Source of the DNA: Candidatus Hodarchaeota archaeon
GTDB taxonomy: Archaea > Asgardarchaeota > Heimdallarchaeia > Hodarchaeales > Hodarchaeaceae
Length of the DNA: 64,000 nt
Assembly (NCBI GenBank): GCA_016839815.1
Contig: JAEOTM010000143.1
Location: 26,461 to 90,460, forward strand
Reading direction: 5' to 3'
Part shown: positions 21,132 to 30,952 of the stretch, one piece after another
Numbering within the stretch: position 1 is the first letter of the stretch
Layout of the letters: each line of letters starts with the position of its first letter
Position numbers and translations under genes: made by a program
Notes under the pieces: model-generated
Database searches by the model: none
What the model saw: the letters and a program-made list of their open reading frames with translations, nothing else
What the model was told of the DNA's origin: nothing

Positions 21132-22298
21132 TTGGATATGAAAAAAATTGGATTCTTGATAAACCCAATAGCTGGTATGGGGGGAAAAGTGGCGTTAAAG
21201 GGTACTGATGGTAAAGAAATATTAGCTGAGGCGATCATCCGGGGAGCAACTCCTATTGCAGAAAAAAAGGCCGAACAATTCTTTACTGAACTGATAAATT
21301 CCTCTCTGAACAAACAGTTAAAGTTCATCATTCCACAAGGAAAAATGGGATTGGATATTCTCCAGAAGAATTCTAAACTGATTGATGCGATTAATTATTC
21401 TATTTTAGAGCGTATTTCAATCCCAAACACAACAACAAGTCTGGATACAGAAGCTGTAGTTAAAGAATTATTACTTGAGAAAGTAGAGCTAATTATATTT
21501 GTGGGGGGTGATGGGACAGCACAAGATATTCATTGTGTAGTAGGTCTTAATTGCCCGATTTTAGGAATCCCATCTGGTGTAAAAATTCATTCAGGTGTCT
21601 TTGCTCAGTCTGTTTCAAAATCAGTTACTATCATCAGTAGGTTCCTTCAAGATCAAGTCGAGTTTAACGAAGCAGATATTATCGACCTTGATGAAGCTGC
21701 ATTCCGAGAAGGTTCTCTCAATTCACGACTCTATGGTTCTTGTATTGTTCCACAAGCTCCTAGTCTAATGCAGCTTACTAAAACACATATGAAGTACACA
21801 GATAGTGAAGAGAATAATATTCTCGGTATAATTAGATATTTGAATGAAGAAATAAAACCAGAGATCTTATATTTTTTGGGAGGAGGGTCTACAATTTATA
21901 AAATTTCTCGTGCTTTTAATTCAAATGTTCAAAATAGTAAAACACTCTTGGGAATCGATGCAGTATTAGATGGAAGGATTATCCAGACAGATCTAACTGA
22001 ATCGGATATTCTTAGTTTATTAGATAAGTATTCCGCTAAATCTATCAGAATCGTTGTTACTCCAATTGGAGGTCAGGGATTCATTCTTGGGAGAGGGAAT
22101 CAACAGCTAAGTCCTGAAGTAATTAGGAAAGCAGGATTGGATTCAATTTTTATAATTTCAACAAGATCAAAAATTGACAATCTTCCTTACAGAACATTGC
22201 ATGTGGATACAGGTGATTCTAAGCTAGATGCCCAACTGATAGGTTATCAAAAGGTGTTAGTTGATTATAATGAGTATTGGGTATTGAAAATAGAATAA
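21132..22298 (+). CDS. ATP-NAD kinase family protein (COG3199-like)
   Basis: NPIAGMGG..LKGTDG, GGDGTA, GIPSGVK, GGQGFILGRGNQQ. Confidence 0.85.
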   Translation: MDMKKIGFLINPIAGMGGKVALKGTDGKEILAEAIIRGATPIAEKKAEQFFTELINSSLNKQLKFIIPQGKMGLDILQKNSKLIDAINYSILERISIPNTTTSLDTEAVVKELLLEKVELIIFVGGDGTAQDIHCVVGLNCPILGIPSGVKIHSGVFAQSVSKSVTIISRFLQDQVEFNEADIIDLDEAAFREGSLNSRLYGSCIVPQAPSLMQLTKTHMKYTDSEENNILGIIRYLNEEIKPEILYFLGGGSTIYKISRAFNSNVQNSKTLLGIDAVLDGRIIQTDLTESDILSLLDKYSAKSIRIVVTPIGGQGFILGRGNQQLSPEVIRKAGLDSIFIISTRSKIDNLPYRTLHVDTGDSKLDAQLIGYQKVLVDYNEYWVLKIE

Positions 22299-22301
22299 AT
22301 A

Positions 22302-22988
22302 TTAAGTTTCAATAACATCTAAAACTTTTTTCAAGGATACAGGGAGGTTGAAATCTACAACCGAATCCAGTTCAGTCTCAGAAATTGATTTCAATTGATT
22401 CTGTATTCGGTTATATATTGGATCAAGAATTTCTCTTTTCCCTCGAGTTTCAGGGTACTTGGGATTAACACTGCAACATCCTCCAGGGAGAATCGAGAGG
22501 TCATAATAGCCCCATTTTTTTGATAAACTCACTACTTCTTCCTTATTATATCCAATTAATGGACGAAGTGCAAGTATATCGGTCTTAGATGTCACTATAG
22601 GTAAATTATCGAGTGTTTGACTGGCCTGTTCTCCCATTATTTCACCTGTAATAATTGCGTCTGCTCCTCGTAACTTTGCGAACATTTGGCCTTTGTAGAA
22701 CATTTGCATTCTACAAAATAAGCATGTTTGTTGAATCTCTCTTCCTTTTAATCCATTCAGAATATTTTCTTGAGTTCTTCCATGAGTCATTATTGAGAGA
22801 CTTATGGGTATATGCTTGTTACGAGCAGCAATTTGATTTGCTAAAGCTACTACCTTCTCCAATGTACCAGGCGAATGAAAAGGGTAATTATGATAATGTA
22901 AGAGTAAAGGTTGAAATCCGTTTTTTATCGCAATCTCGGTAGCAACTGGACTATCAATTCCACCAGAGAGGAAACATACAGCTTTCAT
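22302..22988 (-). CDS. ThiI-like PP-loop sulfurtransferase, catalytic domain only
   Basis: SGGIDS PP-loop, CLFCR, TGE..G..ASQTLDNL, RPLIG..K, GGCC. No N-terminal THUMP domain. Confidence 0.8.
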   Translation of the reverse strand: MKAVCFLSGGIDSPVATEIAIKNGFQPLLLHYHNYPFHSPGTLEKVVALANQIAARNKHIPISLSIMTHGRTQENILNGLKGREIQQTCLFCRMQMFYKGQMFAKLRGADAIITGEIMGEQASQTLDNLPIVTSKTDILALRPLIGYNKEEVVSLSKKWGYYDLSILPGGCCSVNPKYPETRGKREILDPIYNRIQNQLKSISETELDSVVDFNLPVSLKKVLDVIET

Positions 22989-23232
22989 TTGAAGTAGAAT
23001 CCACGAAAATTTTCAAAAAGGCATTATCCTTTAGTATCGCAACAAAAATTTCAAACATAAGGAACTATTGGTATGAAATTGAGAATAAATAGCTCAAAAA
23101 GTGACACAAATCCCCATAATGGATGATTATAAGGAAATTTTAAATGGATCCGCAGATTAATGTGTACATTCAAGGCTAAACTGAAATTCACTTTAAATTT
23201 TCAAGTTAATTAAAAAAAAAAGTGCGTTTATA

Positions 23233-23550
23233 ATGGTTTTTAGTTATTCCATAAAAAAATGTGATAAAAATCCATTTCGGTGGTATATTTCTTTTAAACA
23301 GACAAAACCATTCTCTCTACGAAAAATAAAACAAGTTTTAGAGAGAAATTCTTATCGAACTTTGGCTACAACCCCAACCGTAATGGTATTTGAATCAAAT
23401 TCCCTACGATTGACATGGAATTCTTATGGTTTGTTACAGGTAGATTTTAATGATATACAGGAGCGAAATGTTAATATTGTAGATGGTTTTGTTGTAGAAC
23501 TTCTTGGATTATTATATCCAGATGAGGATTCGAGATATTTACCATCGTAA
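23233..23550 (+). CDS. hypothetical protein (possible TBP-like half fold)
   Basis: 105-aa ORF with a helix then TPTVMVF..LRLTWNSYGLLQV strands. Confidence 0.5.
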   Translation: MVFSYSIKKCDKNPFRWYISFKQTKPFSLRKIKQVLERNSYRTLATTPTVMVFESNSLRLTWNSYGLLQVDFNDIQERNVNIVDGFVVELLGLLYPDEDSRYLPS

Positions 23551-23743
23551 GTGGGATATTTCTTACTAAACGACGAATAGACCCAATTCTTCTTTCTACC
23601 TAGCAACCAGTTTCATCAATTTCAAAAACATTAAAAACAAGGATAATGGTTTTTACCCTAGAATCAAAATCTACAAAGTAATTGTTCATAAAACAGAGAA
23701 TCCTTAAATAATAGCTATTTATCCGGGAAAATTAGTGTAATCG

Positions 23744-24226
23744 GTGACAATCTTGGGAAGTAAACCACTAGAAATAACTACTGAAAATAAAACTTACCTT
23801 TTCCCTTTAGACAGATACTATTTTACTCAAGAACCAGGACATATCTGGTTAAAACCAGAGGAGGATCTTTTTAAAGTAGGATTTGATGATTTTGGACAAT
23901 CACAAGGTCCTATTCTACATATTAGAACTCGTCCTTTAGGAAAAGAATATTCCCAAGGAAAAGCTTTTGGAACTGTTGAAACAAACAAATTTATTGGACA
24001 ATTGCGATTTCCCGTTTCTGGATCTATTATTGAGATTAATTCTAAAGTCTTTGATGATCCTCAATTAATTAATACAGCACCTTATAAACAGTGGATAGCA
24101 AAAATTAAACCAACAAACTTAGATGAGGATCTTAAATCGAAGTATATTATTCCTATTGGGGATCGGGAGATTTTGGAAAAGTATATTACAGCAGAACTCA
24201 TCAAATATGAGGATCCACCTATTTAG
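23744..24226 (+). CDS. glycine cleavage H-like lipoyl-carrier protein (second, divergent paralog)
   Basis: HIW, VGFDDF, GTVETNK (lipoyl-Lys position retained), PVSG, IN..PY..W. Confidence 0.8.
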   Translation: MTILGSKPLEITTENKTYLFPLDRYYFTQEPGHIWLKPEEDLFKVGFDDFGQSQGPILHIRTRPLGKEYSQGKAFGTVETNKFIGQLRFPVSGSIIEINSKVFDDPQLINTAPYKQWIAKIKPTNLDEDLKSKYIIPIGDREILEKYITAELIKYEDPPI

Positions 24227-24433
24227 TCATACGTTCCAGATTACTCTCGTAGTACTTTGAAAATTTCTTCACTCTTTTATCTAATGTCCCCCAATCAGGA
24301 TGAGTATTGAATTGTTTTTTTCCTCATCAAATACTCCGCGGACTTCTTCACTAGTAACTTTTTTATACTGGGAGAAATTAGGATCAACCGGAATATCATT
24401 TTTGTCGTTTCAGCTTTTGAAGGGGACAGTAAA

Positions 24434-24559
24434 ATGGATATTATTACGATTCTACTCTCACTACTCGGACTCGGGCTAGTAGTGATACTTGGGGGCTTTC
24501 TAATAGTTGGAATTCTTGCTTTGATATATTTAATAATTACAGGTAAGCGGTGGGATTAG
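24434..24559 (+). CDS. small single-pass membrane protein (41 aa)
   Basis: Below the ORF-track size cutoff: MDIITILLSLLGLGLVVILGGFLIVGILALIYLIITGKRWD. Purine-rich AGGGGA upstream. Confidence 0.5.
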   Translation: MDIITILLSLLGLGLVVILGGFLIVGILALIYLIITGKRWD

Positions 24560-24569
24560 GAAAATCCTT

Positions 24570-25067
24570 TTATTCGGTGTTAGATGAATAAGAAACCTTA
24601 TTTCCTACGCTTTCGCTTAAATTTATTGTTATATTCGTTATTACTTGGAGAATACTTGATTCTTTGAGTTTTTCTTTCATTTTCTGGTGAAGATATTTAG
24701 CGATACTTTCACAAGTAGTTTGATTTACGCCCTCAAGTATTTTAACATCGTTTTGAGGGAAAGAATATATTTTTTCATTGATATGGATGTTCCAATTTCT
24801 CCCCTCTCGAGCTGATTGGAATTTGATCTCGGAGGAATTTCCTGGTAATAATATCTTATGATCCAATTCCGTAATTATTTGTTTTATCCACAAGTTAACT
24901 GTTCGAAAATCTAAAGTTTGGTCGGTAATATTCGACTGATATTTGAGTTGACATTCTACCGAATAATCGTGACCGTGGAGTCTATTACACTTTAAATAAC
25001 CAACGAGAAAGTGACATGCCGAAAAATAATTACTTGGGCGTGAGTAATATTGCTCAATACTTGTCAT
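24570..25067 (-). CDS. queD: 6-carboxytetrahydropterin synthase / PTPS (QueD family)
   Basis: FSACH, CNRLHGHDY, LDF, LDHK, TTCESIA. Confidence 0.8.
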   Translation of the reverse strand: MTSIEQYYSRPSNYFSACHFLVGYLKCNRLHGHDYSVECQLKYQSNITDQTLDFRTVNLWIKQIITELDHKILLPGNSSEIKFQSAREGRNWNIHINEKIYSFPQNDVKILEGVNQTTCESIAKYLHQKMKEKLKESSILQVITNITINLSESVGNKVSYSSNTE

Positions 25068-25236
25068 GTTATTATTCTCTTAATTTTTCTTTCCTGCTTT
25101 CCTTATTTTTATAGTCCTTCATAAGCCCTTTTCGTCTATTTATACCGAGACTAAGCTGTCATATTATGATTGTGACATGGGATCTTTAATTTCAAGATGT
25201 GTATCCTTTATCTAGGGAACCAAAGGAGATTCAATC

Positions 25237-25761
25237 TTGGCCATTGAGAATATAGCAACTAAACTCATCCTAATTGGAGATGGTAGAGTCGGAAAAACAT
25301 CCTTATGCTCTCATCTTCGAACTAAATCCATTCCTGGACAATATAATTTAACTGTTGGATTAAATATTGAGGTTCACGAAACTTTAATGAAGGGTACATC
25401 AGTTAAACTTGTTTTATGGGACTTAGCAGGACAACATCGGTTCGGGTGTATTAGAAGCGATTTTTATCTAGGAGCGCGAGTTGCATTAATTGTTTTTGAT
25501 GTACAGAATAGAGGCTCATTCTTTGATGTCAAACATTGGATTAGAGAATTAAAACGTCACAGTCCAAACACACCTTTTATTCTTGTAGGTAATAAGAAAG
25601 ATCTACACAAACGTGAAGTCTCACCTGAAGAAGCAAAACGAGTTGCCCAAGAGTTTTCAGCCTTTTACTTTGAAACTAGTGCACTCCAAGGAGAAAATGT
25701 TGAGGAATTGTTTCAGATGGCTACACGGCTTGCATTACAAGGAACTGCGGTAGCTTATTAA
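25237..25761 (+). CDS. Rab-like small GTPase (Ras superfamily)
   Basis: G1 GDGRVGKT, G2 T(VG), G3 WDLAGQ, G4 GNKKD, G5 ETSAL. Confidence 0.93.
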   Translation: MAIENIATKLILIGDGRVGKTSLCSHLRTKSIPGQYNLTVGLNIEVHETLMKGTSVKLVLWDLAGQHRFGCIRSDFYLGARVALIVFDVQNRGSFFDVKHWIRELKRHSPNTPFILVGNKKDLHKREVSPEEAKRVAQEFSAFYFETSALQGENVEELFQMATRLALQGTAVAY

Positions 25762-25967
25762 TACAGAATTTCCATTTTTCGACTATCATCAGAACCTGAA
25801 CCTGCACATCAAGAAACTGTTTTGATTAGCTTTATACAGGACTCTCTCGAAAGTTACTTTAATCCAATCATATGCGGTTTTTTTTGTAATATTTCCCAAT
25901 TCACTCTATTTAGAATGAATTAAAACGAGGGTAGATCACCTCTTAGGATATTCTTGGTGAAAGTTCA

Positions 25968-26603
25968 ATGGTTAGGAACTCTAAAGCTCAACGTTGTGCA
26001 CTTTTTGTATTCACTGTGTTCATATTAATACTAAATAGTTCAATTCTTCAATCAAAAGGTTTTACTCAAGACAATGAAAATTATCCTTTTCAACTTTATA
26101 TGGTTGCTAGTCCTGAGAATGTTTACCAAAACGATCATCTTAATATGAGTCTGTCAATTACCAATATCCATTTTGAGGAACTTCTCAATATTACTCTACA
26201 ATTTAAAGTTCATAATGACTTACAATTGATAAAAAGTACAATTCCAGAGTTAGATATAGAGAATGATACGAAAAAACGAGAATATACGATTGGAAGTTTG
26301 GACGTTGATGAAATTTATCTATTCCAGGTAGAATACAATGTAACAAGTTCTGACACAAAAACAATAAGTGTAGATGGCATGAATGTAAGTTATCAACTCC
26401 ATAATGGATTATCCTCATTTGTCATTTCAAATTCAGTAAATATCCTCCTTAAAGGTGCACAAATTACATCCGAAACTAACACTCTTCCTGACTTACCATC
26501 AAATTTAACAACTCCTGATGATAGTTTAGTTTATTTTGCGTTTTTATTTCCAATTGTTATGTTTGGAATAAGTATATTTGTACTTAGACGTCTTCGTCGA
26601 TAG
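25968..26603 (+). CDS. type I membrane protein with an Ig-like domain (TRAP-beta/DUF11-like)
   Basis: Signal peptide, beta-rich domain with several N-x-S/T sequons, C-terminal TM and RRLRR tail. Confidence 0.6.
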   Translation: MVRNSKAQRCALFVFTVFILILNSSILQSKGFTQDNENYPFQLYMVASPENVYQNDHLNMSLSITNIHFEELLNITLQFKVHNDLQLIKSTIPELDIENDTKKREYTIGSLDVDEIYLFQVEYNVTSSDTKTISVDGMNVSYQLHNGLSSFVISNSVNILLKGAQITSETNTLPDLPSNLTTPDDSLVYFAFLFPIVMFGISIFVLRRLRR

Positions 26604-26884
26604 TCATTGACAATAAATCTACCTTAATTCGTTAACTTTAGTCGATTAGAAGATATTTTGTACTTGTATGGTTTTTTAATGACAAAAATTGCATTCAAAT
26701 TTTATTTCATTGCACTTATTGTTATTAAAAGATAGTTTGGCTCCATTATAATTGACATCAGAATGAACTTATACCTGTAATAAGAAATATCTATATTTTA
26801 ATCATTCTTACCAAATGATTTAAATTTGACAGATGATCTAATCTAAAAATGATAAGATCCTCGATTTAGGAGGTACTACCAGTT

Positions 26885-28303
26885 TTGCACTCTATACAGC
26901 ACTTCACTCATCCATTTCTGCCCCAAACCAAATCTCAAATCAAGACCATGTTAAAAACCATGAATATTTCAACAATTGAAGATCTTTATTCGGGAATTCC
27001 CAAAGAATTACGTTTTGAGGGAAAATTAAATCTACCTCAGACTCATTCAGAACAGGAAACATTAAGTAAAATAAGGTCGATACTGGGAAAAAACGAGACT
27101 ACTGACGATTTAACCTCGTTCTTAGGGGCAGGGGTTTATTCACATTATATTCCCTCGGTTGTACCTTCAATTGTGAATCGATCAGAATTTATTACCTCCT
27201 ATACTCCTTACGCCCCTGAAGTCTCACAGGGTATGTTACAGGGTTTGTGGGAATATCAGTCGATGATAGCAGAATTAACACAACTTGACCTAGTAAATTC
27301 ATCTATGTATGATTTTGCGACAGCCTTAGGTGAAGCTGCATTGATGTCAGCACGTGCTACGAAAAAAGGAGTCTTTGTTGTCCCAGATTATTTACAGCCA
27401 GAGAGATTTAGTACTTTAGTGACGTATATGACTGGACCAAATATCAAAATCGTAACTTATCCCTGTGACAAAGATACTGGCCAAGCTGATATGGAAAAAC
27501 TGAAGAGTATTATTGAAGTGAATAACAATAAGATTAGTGGAGTTTATATTGAAAATCCTAATTTTTGGGGAGTAATTGAAGAACAAATTCAACAAATTGG
27601 AGAATTAGCTCATCTACAGAATTCCCTATTTATTATTGGATTTGATCCAATATCATTGGGACTGCTAAAATCACCAGGAGAGTTAGGAGCTGATATAGCA
27701 ATTGGAGACGGACAGTCTTTGGGCCTATCAATGAACTTTGGAGGTCCTCTATTAGGATTATTTGCAGTAAAAAATGACAAAAAATTAGTAAGATCGATGC
27801 CAGGCAGAATTATCGGATTAACGGTTGAGCAGAATTCTACAAATAGAGCGTTTACGATGACCCTCCAAACTCGGGAACAACATATCAGACGAGAACGCGC
27901 CACATCGAATATATGTACAAATAATGCATTATGTGCTCTTACTTCGACTGTTTATTTAAGCTTGCTCGGACCCAAGGGATTAAAAGCATTAGCAGAATCA
28001 TGCCTTGCCAAATCCCACTACTTAGCAGAGAAATTGTCAGCGTTTGATGAGATCTACTCGCCACACTTTGATGGACCTTTTTTCAAAGAATTTGTGTTTA
28101 CTTTGAAATCTCCCTCCCTAATGAAAGATTTCACACCATTTATGAGAGCGAGAGAAATTCTCCCTGGATTCTCTTTGCACAAGAACTTTCCATCATTAGA
28201 AGGGAGTTACCTCGCAAGTGTAACAGAGATGACGACTAGTAAAGATATTGATAGTTTTCTTGAGGCTGTTCAAGAATTCTTTCATGACCATGGAGGAAAA
28301 TAA
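26885..28303 (+). CDS. gcvPA: glycine dehydrogenase (decarboxylating) subunit 1
   Basis: FLGAG, YTPYAPEVSQG, NSSMYD, TREQHIRRERATSNICTN. Confidence 0.95.
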   Translation: MHSIQHFTHPFLPQTKSQIKTMLKTMNISTIEDLYSGIPKELRFEGKLNLPQTHSEQETLSKIRSILGKNETTDDLTSFLGAGVYSHYIPSVVPSIVNRSEFITSYTPYAPEVSQGMLQGLWEYQSMIAELTQLDLVNSSMYDFATALGEAALMSARATKKGVFVVPDYLQPERFSTLVTYMTGPNIKIVTYPCDKDTGQADMEKLKSIIEVNNNKISGVYIENPNFWGVIEEQIQQIGELAHLQNSLFIIGFDPISLGLLKSPGELGADIAIGDGQSLGLSMNFGGPLLGLFAVKNDKKLVRSMPGRIIGLTVEQNSTNRAFTMTLQTREQHIRRERATSNICTNNALCALTSTVYLSLLGPKGLKALAESCLAKSHYLAEKLSAFDEIYSPHFDGPFFKEFVFTLKSPSLMKDFTPFMRAREILPGFSLHKNFPSLEGSYLASVTEMTTSKDIDSFLEAVQEFFHDHGGK

Positions 28304-28304
28304 G

Positions 28305-29831
28305 ATGTTTAAACAGAGTAAATGGCCAAAAACTTTGATATTTGAAAAATCGACAAATGGTCGACAGGGTTTCCAAGTACCAAAATTATCCGCTCTGGAA
28401 AATAGCTTGCTGGAAAAGGCCAAAAAATCGCTTCCAAAGAACTTACTCCGTGAAAAATCTCCCAATCTTCCTGAAGCTACAGAACTTGAAGTAGTACGTC
28501 ATTTCACAAGACTCTCTCAAATGAATTACGGAGTTGACACAGGATTTTACCCTCTAGGGAGTTGTACAATGAAGTACAATCCTAAAGTCTGTGATGCAGC
28601 TGCATCAATACCTAATGCTCTAAATGTTCATCCTTATCAACCAGAAGAAAGTATTCAGGGCAACCTACAAATTATGTATGAATTATCGAATTGGTTGGCC
28701 GAACTTTCTGGAATGTCGGGAGTTACTCTACAACCAGCCGCAGGTGCTCATGGAGAATATACTGGTATAATGATTCTTCGAAAATATCATGAAACACAAA
28801 ATAATCAACCAAAAAAATCTGAAATAATTGTACCAGATAGTGCTCATGGTACTAATCCTGCAACCGTTTCAATGTGCGGTTTTAAAACAATTGTAATACC
28901 ATCAGATAACGAAGGTTGTGTAAATATTGAAGCACTTAAGGCTTCTGTTACTGAGAAGACAGCTGGTATGATGCTGACCAATCCAAATACCTTAGGTATT
29001 TTTGAACCCAATATCAAAGAAATTACCAAAATTATCCATGAGGTTGATGGATTAATGTATTATGATGGTGCTAATTTCAACGCTATTATGGGTAAGGTCA
29101 GACCAGGTGATATGGGATTTGATATTGTACATTTCAATCTTCACAAAACCTTTGCTACACCTCATGGAGGTGGAGGCCCTGGTGCTGGTCCTGTAGGAGT
29201 GATATCACGTCTCATTCCATTTCTTCCAGTTCCAACTGTTGCTTACAACTCAATGGATAATGCTTATTATTTCGACTATGAACATTCCCAAACTATAGGG
29301 AAAGTAAGAAGTTATTATGGAAATTTCTCCACATTATTACGAGCTTATACATATATTCTTAGATTAGGACAATCTGGGTTAACACGAGTGTCAGAAATGG
29401 CAAATCTCAATGCAAACTATATGAAAACCCAGTGTGGGAAGATTGAAGGATTTAAGGTTCCTTATGGAGAAAAATCATCCTGTATGCATGAATTCGTTCT
29501 TTCTGCTAGAAAGATCTGTAAGGAGACAGGAATCTCAGCACTAGACATATCAAAATATATACTTGACCATGGTCTTCATCCACCTACAGTATATTTCCCA
29601 TTGATCGTTCCAGAGGCTATGATGATAGAACCAACTGAAACGGAATCAAAAGAAGTCATTGATGACTTTATCGATGTACTACGTGAGGTTTCCAACTTAG
29701 CATATTCGAATAAATCTGATAGAATTCAGAAAGCACCAACAAACACTTCTGTTGGAAGAATTGATGATGTAAAAGCTGCGAGAGAACCAATCATTAGTTA
29801 CCGAATGCTGAAAGAGCTCCAAGAACAGTAA
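28305..29831 (+). CDS. gcvPB: glycine dehydrogenase (decarboxylating) subunit 2
   Basis: LGSCTMKYNP, SAHGTNPA, HFNLHKTF (PLP lysine), PHGGGGPG. Start placed at the ATG right after the gcvPA stop. Confidence 0.95.
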   Translation: MFKQSKWPKTLIFEKSTNGRQGFQVPKLSALENSLLEKAKKSLPKNLLREKSPNLPEATELEVVRHFTRLSQMNYGVDTGFYPLGSCTMKYNPKVCDAAASIPNALNVHPYQPEESIQGNLQIMYELSNWLAELSGMSGVTLQPAAGAHGEYTGIMILRKYHETQNNQPKKSEIIVPDSAHGTNPATVSMCGFKTIVIPSDNEGCVNIEALKASVTEKTAGMMLTNPNTLGIFEPNIKEITKIIHEVDGLMYYDGANFNAIMGKVRPGDMGFDIVHFNLHKTFATPHGGGGPGAGPVGVISRLIPFLPVPTVAYNSMDNAYYFDYEHSQTIGKVRSYYGNFSTLLRAYTYILRLGQSGLTRVSEMANLNANYMKTQCGKIEGFKVPYGEKSSCMHEFVLSARKICKETGISALDISKYILDHGLHPPTVYFPLIVPEAMMIEPTETESKEVIDDFIDVLREVSNLAYSNKSDRIQKAPTNTSVGRIDDVKAAREPIISYRMLKELQEQ

Positions 29832-29852
29832 AAGTGCCCAGATTTGGATCTT

Positions 29853-30503
29853 TTATGGTTTTTTAGTTACGATCGAAGATTTATGCTCAAGAATTTCTTT
29901 GAATGTCTCTACTAATTGAAGTCGATTTAATGCGAGAGTTACATCTCCACGAGTTCTCTCTGTTAGATTTCGCACAAAATCAGTTTTTTTTCGGAGATTA
30001 TATGTTAGACTATCAGGAAAATCGATTGTAAGTAATAACGTGTATAGGTCATCCATAAGATCTAATGCACTAACTACAATTTCAATATCATCTTCCTTTC
30101 TTAGAGTGTCTAAAACAACACGTCGTAATTCACCCACGAAATCAGTAATACCATGGATGTATCCCAAATATGGGATTTGTAAATCGGTATAAGTGGGAAA
30201 AGGAGTTTGAGTGAGAAAAGAATGAAGAAAAACAGCCTCAGCATATTCTTGATTGCATGTTAATATCATCCCAAACCGTATTTGATCCATTTGGTTTGAT
30301 AGTTCATTAATTTCAATAATTAGCGCTTTATTCTCGGAGATTAACTTTTCAGCTTCTTGGAGATCACCCCGATGTAAGTACTTGATTGCGTGAGATGATT
30401 TCTGAACAGATAATCGAGAGAGGGATAATATTTTCTCACGAACATCATTTGCTTTGGTTAACTCCCCACAAATTTCATTAAATATTGTTTGCAATTCTTC
30501 CAT
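29853..30503 (-). CDS. translin/TRAX family RNase
   Basis: RE..L.LSR, QEYAEA, YIHGITDFVGELRR, LRKK.D. Confidence 0.85.
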   Translation of the reverse strand: MEELQTIFNEICGELTKANDVREKILSLSRLSVQKSSHAIKYLHRGDLQEAEKLISENKALIIEINELSNQMDQIRFGMILTCNQEYAEAVFLHSFLTQTPFPTYTDLQIPYLGYIHGITDFVGELRRVVLDTLRKEDDIEIVVSALDLMDDLYTLLLTIDFPDSLTYNLRKKTDFVRNLTERTRGDVTLALNRLQLVETFKEILEHKSSIVTKKP

Positions 30504-30532
30504 AAATTTTCACTGGAATCCTAAGATAAAAA

Positions 30533-30617
30533 TGCGGGGGGTGAGATTTGAACTCACGAACGCCTATGCGACTGGATCCTAAGTCCAGCTCCTTTGACCT
30601 GGCTGGGAAACCCCCGC
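30533..30617 (-). tRNA. tRNA-Leu(TAG)
   Basis: GCGGGGG acceptor stem, CTGGA-CTTAGGA-TCCAG anticodon arm, long variable arm, GTTCAAATC T-loop; 85 nt. Confidence 0.95.
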
Positions 30618-30624
30618 ATCCACA

Positions 30625-30939
30625 TCAAAATTCTAATTTGATGCCAACTGCTTGTCGTATTAATTCTGCAACAGGATCTTTTGAACCTTTCACCTGTGAT
30701 GGAATTTCAAGTATAACTGGATATAAATTCTTTGCCATATAATTGCTAATTGGTTGATGATTTCCCTCTGCAATTTTTGAAGTGATTAGAATAATACTTA
30801 CATCCTCCCGTTGCCATAAATCGGTTAGTATCGATAATGCAGTTCTTTCTGTTTCATCTTCGATAGGATAAATTTCACCAACCCCTGCAAGTTTAAGCCA
30901 TGAACACGTCTCTGGGTCACCAACAGCGGCAATATTCAT
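30625..30939 (-). CDS. atpF: A/V-type ATP synthase subunit F
   Basis: IAAVGD..T...LKLAGV, PVILEIPS, IRQAVGI. Confidence 0.9.
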   Translation of the reverse strand: MNIAAVGDPETCSWLKLAGVGEIYPIEDETERTALSILTDLWQREDVSIILITSKIAEGNHQPISNYMAKNLYPVILEIPSQVKGSKDPVAELIRQAVGIKLEF

Positions 30940-30952
30940 AACTTTTCACTTC

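Noticed and set aside
28248-28304. Long gcvPA/gcvPB overlap
   Set aside because: The ATG at 28305, with GGAGG upstream, removes the overlap.
30548-30742. 64-aa plus-strand ORF (and the 69-aa ORF 31123..31332)
   Set aside because: They overlap tRNA-Leu and tRNA-Val and the ATPase genes; artifacts of GC-rich tRNA sequence.
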